Origin: Caecitellus pseudoparvulus
Lineage: Eukaryota > Protista > Bigyra: Bicosoecida
DNA: 64,000 bases
Assembly (NCBI GenBank): GCA_965644315.1
Contig: CBFFRQ010000055.1
Location: forward strand, 1-64,000
Direction of reading: 5' to 3'
The first letter of the stretch is position 1. Every line of letters begins with the position of its first letter. A model generated the notes under the pieces. The model saw nothing but the letters and a program-made list of their open reading frames with translations, was not told the DNA's origin and searched no databases. The position numbers and the translations under genes are program-made. Shown one piece after another: positions 10,601 to 21,100 of the stretch.

Positions 10601-12811
10601 GCACCTTGGTACCGCGGCTTCACTGGCACTATCACCCGCAAAGCACCCAAGGCATCCACAGCTGCAGGCGCTGACGCTGCAGACTCCACAGCCACTTGGA
10701 TTGTCAGGGGGGTGATGGAGATGGATGATGAAGGCGACGAGGACGACGGTGCCTCGGTCGCAACAAGCACTGCTTCTGGCCCCACTTCTTCCCTCCGCAT
10801 CACTGAGCTGCCGGTGCGGAAGTGGACCGATGACTACAAGGCCATGCTGGAAAGCATGATGCCTGGCGCTGACAAGGACAGCAAGAAGAAGGGTGCGGCC
10901 AAGGGCAAGAAGAAGGGCGCAGCGAAGGGCAAGAAAGACAGCGATGCTGGCGCCCTGGCACCCGTGAAGGGCTTCAAGGAGAACCACACTGACACGACTG
11001 TGGATTTCACGGTAACGTTGACCCCGGAGGGTGCCGCCGAGTACCGCACCCCTGCCGCTCTTCGCAAGGCCTTTAAGATGGAGACAAAGATCTCAACTGG
11101 AAACATGCATCTGTTTGATGCCGAGGGTCGCATCAAGCGGTACGCCTCCCCTGAGGACCTCTTGCGGGAGTTTTACGGCACGCGCATGGTGCTGTACGCC
11201 AAGCGGAAGGCTTCCCTCCTCGCCCGCATGAGCAGTGAGTGGGAGCGCCTGGACAACAAGGTCAGGTTCATCCTGGAGGTAATCGAGGGCACACTGGTGG
11301 TGTCCAACCGGCCCAAGGCGGCGCTGCTGGCGGAGCTGCAGGAACGCGGGTACGCCATGGTGGACCCTAGCGCCAAGAAGGCAGCAGATGATGCTGCCGA
11401 CGGCATTTTGGAGGACGATGAAGACGCCAAGGTGCTGACGCCCTCCCGAGGCTACCACTACCTTCTGTCTCTGCCCCTGTGGAGCCTGACAGCCGAGAAG
11501 GTGGATGAGCTGCGGGGAGAACTGGAGGAGAAGGAGGCTGCCCTGGCGAAGTTGCGAGGCACAGACCCCAAAGACCTGTGGCGTCAGGATCTGGACGCCC
11601 TGGAGGTGGCCCTGGACGATGCAGACGCGGAGCTGGCAGCGGACAAGGAGGAAGAGGCCAAGGCCCGGCGCAAGTACCAGCGCTCGCGGTCCGGTAAGGC
11701 CGCAGGGGCAAAGGCCAAGCGGGGCAAGGCGAAAAAGGGCGCTACAGCGGACGTGGTGGACGCCAAGGCGGGTGCTGCAGCCCGCATGGCTTCAGCAAAG
11801 GTCGCTTTGGAGGCTGTGGGGGCCGACTTGCCGGTGGGCAGGCCTCTGCCCGGTGCTGACGGTGGGGATTGGTCTGGTTCAGAGGACTCTGACTCCGACT
11901 TCGAGTTTGAGGCGGCGTCATCAAGGGGCGGGGCAAAGCGTGCCGGCAGTGTGCGCTCCTCTCGTTCCAGCCGCACGGGCCGCAAGGCTGGCGGTGGAGC
12001 TGCGCTGCCAGCCGTGGTGGAAGCCGCTGAGCCAGCTCCTGCCCCAGCACCCAAGACCAAAGCAGCCAAGGCCAAGCCCAAAGCAGCAGCAAAACCTGCG
12101 CCCAAGCGCACTGCTGCGCCTGTGACGACCAAGGTCGGGTATGTTTCCGACAGTGGCAGTGACAGCGACGGCGGCATGATGACGCTGGCACAGCGATTGG
12201 CGGCTCGGGCGGAGGCGTCGCCCCCTCCCGCGCCCCCTGCTTCCAAGGCATCCCGCAGTCGCGGAGCGGCGGGGAGGAAGAAGGCGCCGTCCGTTGTGGA
12301 GGACAGCGACGACGACTTTGGCGGGTCGGATGACCAATTCGGATTCGACGGCGACTCCGCCGACGAGGAGGAGTTCACGCCCGACACACCACCCAAGAAG
12401 CCATCCAAGAAGGCGGCAGCGTCCAAGAAGCGGGCTACCAAGAAGACAGCTTCCAAGGGCGGCAAGTCTGGCAAGAAGTCTGCTGCGGGCAAGCGCAGGA
12501 CCAGCGATGAGCGATCAGCGCCAGACCTCCCGGAGGTGCCAGCGTCACCCATGGCACCTTCCCCCGCAGCCAAGCGCAGCCGCCGCACGGGGCGCTCTGC
12601 AGCACCTGCAGCAAAGGATTTGGTTGCTGTGCAGGAAGCCTGGGAAAGTGGCAGCGAAGCTTCGGAGAGCATGCCTCCACCCCGTGCTCGAGGTGGGCGA
12701 CGAGCGGCCGCTCGCCAGGCGGCAAAGTACACCTTCAGCGACGACGAGGGGTCTGAGAGCGAGTTCAGCGAGGGGTGGGGCAGTGACGATGAATCTGGCG
12801 AGGAGTATTGA
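7604..12811 (+). CDS. TOP2: DNA topoisomerase II (exons 7604-7684, 7750-7927, 7993-8075, 8140-8272, 8346-12811)
   Basis: VPGLYKIFDEILVNAADN, TSSNYDD, GGRNGYGAKL, LTEGDSA, PLKGK, DQDHDGSHIKGL, YYKGLGTS, DGLKP, catalytic ARYIFT; acidic/basic C-terminal tail. Confidence 0.98.
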
Positions 12812-13048
12812 GGAGGCTTCAGCGCCTGCCAGGGGTCGTCACGGCCGCTGGGGGCACTTGCGGCATGGTGGCAAACCAGTCGCGAGGGAGACAATGCAGC
12901 GAAGTTGTTCGCCCCGCTTGCTTTTCTACGGTACTGTACTTGTCTACGAGCTTGCGCTCGCGTGGCGAAAGGCGCAGCCCACCGCGTTGGGAAACTGCGA
13001 AGCAGGCTTGTGGGCAGGCACACAGCTCGAGCTGATTTCGGGAGCGCG

Positions 13049-14058
13049 ATGGAGGAGGCTGTAATCTTCCGTGCGACACCTGAAATCGCTTCTCACTTGA
13101 GGGATGCCACCCGTGGCGCTCGCTCAGACGTTGGGCTGACCATGCGAGTAGTTGGTATGTCCAGCCGGACGGCTGCCATTGCACGTGAACCCGCTGAAGC
13201 CCCGCACGCCTCCCTGCTACGCTTCGTGTCCCAGATGAGGCCACTGGTGAGTACCGAGTCGTGTGCACCGTGGGAGAGACGGAGTATCCTTACAAGGCCT
13301 TCTTGGGTAGGTGTGCCGGAGCTTGTCCCAACCAATTTCCGCTGTGCACCCGTCCACTTCGCTCCTTCAGTTGACCTGCCCTGCATCATCGAGATGCACA
13401 AGACTGCAGACCACCAAGAGTATGCCAAGTCGGGGAACGTTTCAAAGGTCGGTGCCGCATCGGAGCCCCGTGCTGCTTGGCAATGCTGCAAGCAGACACG
13501 CATCGCTCCGTGTGCAGGCGCTGGTGCTCGCGTCGCCAGACGCTGAGAGGGAGGACGTGCTGACCATGGCCAGGACGCCCAATGGCCTTGACACACTGGA
13601 CAGTGGCATCACCCCCCCCACAGCACACATCGTCCAGCGTCGCTTCGCTCCTGCTGACCGCATTGCCACGACTGGCACAGAGGTGAGACTGCGCGAAGCA
13701 TTGCACGCCTGGGGGTGCGTTGCGCATCAACAACGCGTTGCACCTCTCTTCGCAGGCAATGGGAGTGTCCAACATGGAGAGCATGGTCTTGAGGCTGATG
13801 CAGTCCACTAGCCAAGCGTCCAAGACGTTGACATACTCAGACGTCATCCCAGTGGAGGATTTCATGGGTGACTGGCCGGAATCCGTCACTATCGAGTACA
13901 AGAACGGCATCCCCGTCAAGTCGTCGCCCCTGATCCGTGGGGGCATGGCATTGGATGCCACAGGGTGGGACGCCGCGGCGGCCGCTGCTGCTGCCAGCAC
14001 TCGTGTGCCCACGGCGGACGAGGCACTGCAGCAGCAGGCAGCGCTGCTTCAGGGTTGA
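13049..14058 (+). CDS. TAF7: TFIID subunit TAF7 (TAFII55 N-terminal domain), multi-exon
   Basis: MEEAVIFR, VDLPCIIEMHKT..YAKSGNVSK, SGITPPTAHIVQRRF match TAF7 motifs; exon boundaries approximate. Confidence 0.8.
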
Positions 14059-14313
14059 TGGACGCGCTGCCTCATAGTCCTGTGGCTGACCAGGCGATCG
14101 CTTGTCTGCTGGCCGGGGGGGTGCACCTTCCTTGAGCCTGGCGCTGCTGAGCAGCAAAGCAGCGCCACAATGCTGCTGCCACGCCAAAAATGTCGACAAT
14201 GCATCTTTGAAGTGTATTTGCTGCAAGAAACAGAGCTTGGCTGCACTGTGCGCGACCACCTCGCGTTCAAGAGCGCACGTATCCATAGTTGGAATCTGCG
14301 TCCAAGCCTCACA

Positions 14314-16261
14314 ATGCTGGTCCGCGCCGTGAGAAGCTGCACTCCAGCCCAACTGGCCCACGTGCCAAGGGCGGCCGGGGCCGGGATGTGCACGTTCCGG
14401 CACAAGAATGCCATTGACATGGCGATCGTGCGGGAACCCATGTCGGTGAGTGGCGCCAGCGAAGCCAGCTGAGGGGGGACAGCCGTTGCTCGAGAGCGAA
14501 GGAGCACGGGGCGTGCCGCGTGCCTCTGGACACAGGTTCGTGTGGGACACACGCCAGAAGTGTGCTCAACAGCGACAGACGTCGTGAAGGACCACGTGGT
14601 GAGCGGGTCAAAGTGAGTACGCCCTGGCGTGGTGGTGGTGATGGCTTCCTGATGCAGGGTGTGAAACGGAGCGCTGCTGGTTCGCAGGGTGTTTGTCCAC
14701 TCTGCAGCTGCTTGCCCAGACCAACTTGCGACGGCCATGACGAAGGTGGGAAAGGAGAAAGGCGTCTCGGACGTGGAGGTGCGTGGAGAAGGCCCTGCCC
14801 GTTCGACCTGCGGAAAGTGGGCTCGGCACACGCCGCACCGCGCCCCTTGGACCCACGCACACAGGTCGTGCACATTCACACCGAGGGGGAGGCACTGTAC
14901 ACAAAGGAACCTTATGCCAAGCACTTCCACTGCAACAGCCTGTTCACAGGTGAGCAGCTTCGTGCATTGGCGAGAGGGTCCACGCAGGCGCATGCACTGC
15001 GGCTGGCTTTGCCGCTGCACAGGGTCCAACTGCCGGGAGGCGGTGAACGCAGGCCGCGCCGACTACACGTCCATCTTCTTGTCTGAGATCCCTGCCCTCT
15101 TCCGCCGCGGGTACAAGCACCTGGATGTCGCGCTGCTGCAAGTGTCACCCCCAGACGAGCACGGCTTCTGCAGCCTGGGCGTGAGTGTGGATGTGTCTCG
15201 GGCTGCAGCGCAGTGCGCCAGGCAGCTCGTGGCTGTGGTGAATGACCAGATGCCCCGCACGAACGGTGACTCTGCCATTCACATCTCGCACTTTTCCAAG
15301 GTCATGTACGACTCCAAGCCGCTACCCACCATCCCCACCCGTCCCATGAGCAAGGCGTGCCAGGACATCGGGCGTCTCATTGCAGACAACTTGATCGATG
15401 ACGGCGCTACGCTGCAAATGGGCATCGGCACCATTCCAGACGCCGTGCTGTCTTGCCTGGGTGGCCACAGGCGCCTGGGGGTGCACACGGAGATGTTTAG
15501 CGACGGCATCATCGACTTGGTAGAGCAGGGCGTCGTCACGAACGAGGCCAAGACGCTCAACCCAGGCATCAATGTCACCTCCTTCCTCTTCGGCACGCAG
15601 CGCCTTTACGACTTTGTCCACTCCAACCCTTGCGTGCGTGGCCTGTGCCGGGCTGACTTGCTCTCAGGCCACCTGCGCTGCTGGAGCACATCCCCGCCCC
15701 TGCCTTCTCGTGCAGGTGCAAGTTCGGGATGTGGGGTACACCAACGACACATACATCATCGAGCAGGAGACGAAGATGACGGCCATCAACAGCTGTGTGG
15801 AGATGGACCTGACCGGGCAAGCAGTGTCTGACTCCATCGGTGAGTGCAGGTGCAGGTGACGCCTCCATCGCCACACCGCCGGTGCCCTCACCCCTCGCAT
15901 GCCTGTGCACTGCCCTCCACCCTTCTGCGCAGGCCACCGCATTTACTCTGGCGTGGGCGGGCAGCTGGACTTCCTGCGTGGCGCGGGGCGATGTGACCAG
16001 GGTGTGCCCATTCTGGCCATGCCCTCCACCACAAGCAAGGGCAAGAGCCGCATTGTGGGGTGCCTGACGCCCGGAGGCGGTGTCGTGACCACTCGCGCCC
16101 ATGTGCACTACCTTGTCACGGAGCACGGCATCGCGCATTTGTTCGGCAAGACGTTGCGGGAGCGAGCCAAAGCGCTCATCGCAGTGGCCCACCCAGACCA
16201 CAGGGAGCAGCTTGAGCGGGAGGCTTTCGAATGCGGTGTGCTCCGCCCGAACGCCAAGTAG
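14314..16261 (+). CDS. Family I CoA-transferase (acetyl-CoA hydrolase / 4-hydroxybutyrate CoA-transferase; ASCT subfamily IB-like) with putative mitochondrial presequence, multi-exon
   Basis: Arg-rich, acid-free N-terminus MLVRAVRSCTPAQLAHVPRAAG; VFVHSAAACP, GRADYTSIFLSEIP, VSPPDEHGFCSLG, GATLQMGIG, LGVHTEMFSDG, SGVGGQLDFLRGA, VTEHGIAHLFGKTLRERA. Confidence 0.92.
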
Positions 16262-16325
16262 CCCCTCTGTGCACCTAGGGTGGATGGAATGCACTGTGGT
16301 AGAAGAGGCAGGCATTGGGGGGGGG

Positions 16326-16569
16326 TCGGTGATCAAGGTCTTGGTGAGAGGACGTTGGCGCCATCTGCCACATCCCCACCACCCTGAGTCTTGGGGATGC
16401 ATTTATCGGCGGAAGCGGGCAAGTCACACTTATTAGTGACCTGTCCGTTTTCGTGGCAGACATGGCTTGCAGACTTATGCTGCAGCCGTGGGGCGGCGCA
16501 GTCACGCTTACGTGAAAACGCCGTCCGTGCCACTCCGCCTTGGTGTCGTGGCGCCCACTCCTTGACCGA
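16326..16569 (+). ncRNA. Unidentified multi-branched structured RNA (8 nested helices, three CUUA-loop hairpins)
   Basis: Hand-found nested complementary segments with G-U pairs consistent only with + strand (see findings). Confidence 0.55.
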
Positions 16570-16732
16570 GAGCCGCCAAGGACACACCAAAACCCCAATT
16601 TATATGAAGTGAGTGCTATGACAGCTTCTGTTCGCGATGTGGCGTCAGTGAACACGACGCTGACAGACGCATCCTGTCAGTGCCGTGTTCAGCACGCCGT
16701 GTGTGTGGCACGGCTTGGCTGGCCTCTGCCGA

Positions 16733-16800
16733 GCGACCCGAGGAAGAATGGTTTTAAATCTGATCTTGTTGAGGAACACTAGTTATCCCACTGAGGGCGC
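16733..16800 (+). ncRNA. Box C/D snoRNA candidate
   Basis: Terminal stem GCG(A)CCC/GGGCGC; degenerate C box AGGAAGA 16741-16747; D' CTGA 16760-16763; C' TGAGGA 16770-16775; D CTGA 16791-16794; 11-nt guide CTAGTTATCCC complementary to conserved LSU rRNA GGGAUAACUGG. Confidence 0.72.
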
Positions 16801-16978
16801 GCACGGCGACGGGGCTGCGAATGCGCTGCTGAAACCTACGTGAAACGCCGCCACAATTCCGCACCTGGACCCCCCCATGCCCCTTCGTGCAGTTCCTCGC
16901 TTCCTGCTGTGCTGACATGCCCGGACAATTATATATGCCTGCTGTTCCGTCTGGGTGTGAAATGCACGTCCTGTCTAC

Positions 16979-18071
16979 TCAGCCGCTTGTGTCTGGCTTG
17001 CTCTCCGCCACTGGCTCGCCAGCCTCGCACCCTGAAGCACTGGCCGCTGTACCCCACTCATGTGCCAAAGGGAAGCCCTCCGGCGCTTGTGGTAGCTGAG
17101 CATCCAGGGCCGTGGCCAAAGCCTTGTCCACCCACTGCACGGCAGGCCCCGAGCCCAGCATGGCCCGCAGGCGTGTCATGCGCTCCGCGTGGGTGGGTGC
17201 CGACACCTCCACCACCTTATTCACTGTGCGGGGGTCAGCCACCGCCCTGACGACGTTCAGGAGGACGCTGAAGGCGCCAGGCGGCTGCATGAGCAGGATG
17301 ACGCCTAGACGCTCAGGGTAGTGCGCCGAGAATGTCTTGGCGAAGGCGGCAGCGAGGCTGGTGCCTTGCATGGCGTCCCACATGCCATAGTTGTTGAAGT
17401 CAGTGATCCACACCCACGTCGCAGCACTGTCCGGGTGGGAAAAGGCCGCCTCTAGCCTGTGCGAAGGAGGGCGGAGTTCGCGAGCGATGACGTCAGCCGA
17501 GACACAGTCAGCACCCGCAGCCACGCACACCGACACGACGTGCTGAACCGTCGGCTCTGTTGTCAACTGAGAACAGTGGGTGGTAGTGGTGTGAAAGTGC
17601 GAGGGGTGCTTGGCGGGTACTGGCGCGCAGAGGACTCACGTTGCTTGCGCGAGTGGGGCAGCCGTAGATGACGGGCCTGCCGAACCAGTCGTGTCCGACA
17701 AACTCAAAGCAGTGAGAAGAAGGTGTGGTGCAGCACGTGGTGCACTGCAGAGGGTCCGGAATGGTGTCCATGCGCCACTGCAGGGTGGCCAGGATGCCCC
17801 GCACCGCCGCATCCACGCTCTGCCTCTTGGCCACCATGTACCGCCGAATGCACGCGTCGTCTACAGTCACTGATGCAGCTTGCTGCAGGTGCTTGTATTC
17901 ATCAGTTTCCAGGTGTTCCTGCAGCGTTTTCCGCGCAGAGGCTGCGTCTTCATCCGAAACGGGAATGGGAGGTGGTCGAGTGTCCAGACCGGGCTCAAAT
18001 TCCGCGGGAGGAAGCTCGCTAGCGCCCTCCCTTTCGCCAGCCCCTGGCTCCGCGGGTGCTTGTGCTGCCAT
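16979..18071 (-). CDS. CRAL-TRIO (Sec14-like) lipid-binding protein, 2 exons
   Basis: CIRRYMVAKRQSVDAAVRGILATLQWR, GHDWFGRPVIY, WVWITDFNNYG, HYPERLGVILLMQPP, DPRTVNKV. Confidence 0.88.
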
Positions 18072-18142
18072 GACGAGGAAGTGGAAGTGCCACTATGAGG
18101 ACTGCATTGCGCCGGTGTGCCTCTGACGGAAAAGTGGTCACG

Positions 18143-21100
18143 TTACAGATCTGCCACGCTCAGCTTGCCCTTGCTGGGACTCTCATCCCCCGCAGGCGAG
18201 CCGGGGTGTGAGGGGGCCGGGGCATCCGCCCCGCTGGACGACGGGGACTGCCCGCCCAGCAACGACACGCCAGACGCGCCCAGGCTGAAGCCAGACAGCT
18301 GAGAGTCTGCGAAGCCATTGTGGTGCCCCGGCACCCTGTCACCAGCGCTGAAGGCGCCAGCCACGGGAGCGGTGGAGCCCCTGTACACGCTGCGCCCGCC
18401 CCCCCCGCTAGCAAGGCCGTCTGTCGTGCCATCCGGCAGCGTCCTCCACAGCGCTTCGTCCTCGGCCACCGTGCCAGTGGACGGAGGTGGCCGGCTGCGA
18501 GACAGCACGGCATCTGGCGTGCCGGGGGTCGGCGGCGGGGCTGTGGCGGCCCCGCCGCCCCACGACACGCCAGGGCTGGCCAGACCCGACTGGCCAGTGC
18601 CCCAGGCCAGCCGTGCCGCCGGCAGGGCCGTCACTTCGTTGGGGTCCGCTGGCATGAGTACCGTCACGGGCAAGGCGGCGGCATGTCCCGCCACGTGTGT
18701 GTACGTGGCCGTGTACGGGCACCCCTGTACCACGCCATCCAGGCGCAGTCCCGAGGGCCCCTGCGCCGGCAGCCGCTCCAACTGCCCCAGCAAGGCTGCC
18801 GTGGCGGGCTCCTCACGCAGCAAGTCCCTTAGGGCCGCCATTGCCGTGGGGGGAAAGGCGCCCCCCCCCGGCATGGGCATAGCAGAGGGGGAGGTCGGGG
18901 TCCGCAGGTATCCCCCTTGGCTAGCAGGCATGGCGGCCGTGCCAGGCAGGACAGGCACAGGGCCGGTGGGCAGGCTCGGCCAGGAGCTCCACCCTGCGCC
19001 GCCTGGGCGCCCGGTCGGCGTCGGCGTCACACGTGCAGCGGCCTGGATGCGCGCAAGCAGGGCCTGGCCTGCGTCGGTCCTCTGCGGAGTGGTGGGGCCA
19101 CTGGCCAGGGGCGTGGGTGTCGCAGTGCTTCCACCGCTGGACGCCTGGCCTGGGCCGGACCCCGTCACCGCTGCCACTCCCCGTGTCCACCCCGCTGACC
19201 CGGCGGCGTGGCTCTGCTGAGCTTCGCGTGCCACGTTCCTTTGCTGCTGCTGGTGCTGGGTGAGCAGGGAGCCCAGTTGCTGCAGTGTGGGGCGCCGAGC
19301 GATGGCTAGGAGGACCGTGGCGGGGAAGCCGTCAGTGCTGCCGCCCCCTGCCCCTGGCTGCAGGCTGGGCACGGTGCCAGCCCTCGCCGCCCCGTCCAAG
19401 CGCCACGCCGCGACCAGCGCCGCGACATTGGCGTCCACGCCCAGGTCTGCCAGGCTTCGGCAGGCTTGCAGGGCGGTGGCTGCTGCCTGTGGGGAGGCGT
19501 GTGCCGCCACGGGCTCCCGAGGGGCGTGTACGGGGCTCCCGGTGCGGGCGGGGGGCTCCGCGGCCCGGATGTGAGGGGGGGGCTCCCACGCCGCCTGGGC
19601 AGCTGCAGCGCTGTCTCGCTGGCGCAAGCGCTTGCTGCGGCGCCGGGGTTCAGAGGCGGCCGTGTCCGGGGAGCCGGTACCCTCACTGCTACCGCAGACG
19701 TGGCTCTCACACAGCGCCACGGCGGCGGCATACGCCTTGGCCTTGGGCACTGCCATGGCGAGGGGGGAGTCCCTGGGCAGGGAGGGGGGGGGTGCGCGAC
19801 CCCCCTTCCGAATGCACCGCACTGCCACGCCATCTGCCACGAACGCAAAGGGGGGGGAGAGGGGGTGTGTGGCGCCCTTCAGGCCCCAAGGCGCGCCCCG
19901 CTCTGCCTGGGGAGGGTGCACGGCCACCCCCCCCACCTGCAGCGCACCCCCCCCCTGCAGTGCCTCCTGGGCAGGTGCTGCCTGCAGCGTGGCCGCATCG
20001 AACGGCCACATGCCGCTGCTGGCGTTGACGTCCACGACGTACCACTTGAGCGCCTGCAGCAGGGACAGGCGCGCTGCCAGGCGCTCTGCATACAGCCCCC
20101 GCAGCGCTGCTGCGGATGGCAGGTGCACGCGCTGGGCCGGCTCGCCACCCTCCGCATCCACTCGGGCGTTGTGTGCCACGACGGCCTTGAACAGCTTGCT
20201 GTCTTCGCCGCCCACGCCAGGAGGCCCCAGGAAGTGGCTGACTTGGTACAGAGCCCCCTCCAGCGCCGCCATGCTGTTGTCCCATGTCAGCGCCTCGGCC
20301 ATGGCGCGGCCTTGTGTCGCCAGGCGACCTGCCAGCTCGGGTGAGCTGAGCACCCGCGTCACGGCGGCCGCGAGGCCCGCGCAGTCGTACGGGTCTGCCA
20401 GCAGGGCGTTGTGGTCGTGGAAGGCAAAGGTGTCCACGCCATGGCACCGCGCCGCCACCACAGGCACGCCTGAGGCCATGGCTTCCAGCACCGGCATACC
20501 CCACGCCTCGTACACGGAGGTGAACAGAAACACGTCATGCCCAGACGCATACAGCGTGGGCAGGTGTTCTTGCGGCGGGTTCACGGCGAAGCTGACGGGG
20601 AAGGCCACGCCCGTCAGCGCTGGCTGCACCTGGCAGATCCATGTGACCGAGATGCCGGGGTGGCCCTGCGTCTGCAGGTCGCGCTGGACGATGTTCAGCG
20701 CGTCCAGCGCAGCCTTGAAGTTCTTCAACTTCAAGCCCGGGTTGCCCACCAGCAAGACACGCTTGAGGCCCCCGTCCGACAGGGGCTGGAAGCGCTCGGG
20801 GCCCAGAGCGGTGTGGCCCTCCCCCCCACCTTGGCGGGGCGGGGAGCCCGCCGCCACCCCCCTGCCGCGCTTGGAGCGGGTGGGAGTGGGGGAGGGCCTG
20901 AAGGCGGAGCAGTCGATGGCATTGGGCACGACGGGGGCGTCTCGCAGGTAGTGTGCAGCCAGGACGTCCCGGATGACCACAGACACGGACAGCAGGGGCA
21001 GGGGGAGGTGCATGCTGCTGTGCCACACCGCGTCCCAGTCAGGGGCTGCCGTGGGGTCTCCGAACACGTGCTCGTGGCCCTGGTCCCAGTACAGGATGGG

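Noticed and set aside
14056-14135. TGATG stop-start overlap after TAF7 suggesting translational coupling
   Set aside because: Downstream ORF is only about 25 codons with no recognisable content
16326-16800. Assignment of the structured region to U3, RNase P/MRP, SRP, U1/U2 or TPP riboswitch
   Set aside because: Diagnostic conserved motifs for each were not found by eye; only fragments (GAGGAAGA, CTGAG, GATCAAG)
16815-16824. CTGCGAATG match to 18S rRNA / U14 domain A
   Set aside because: Sense rather than antisense on the + strand, and no U14 domain B or boxes on the minus strand
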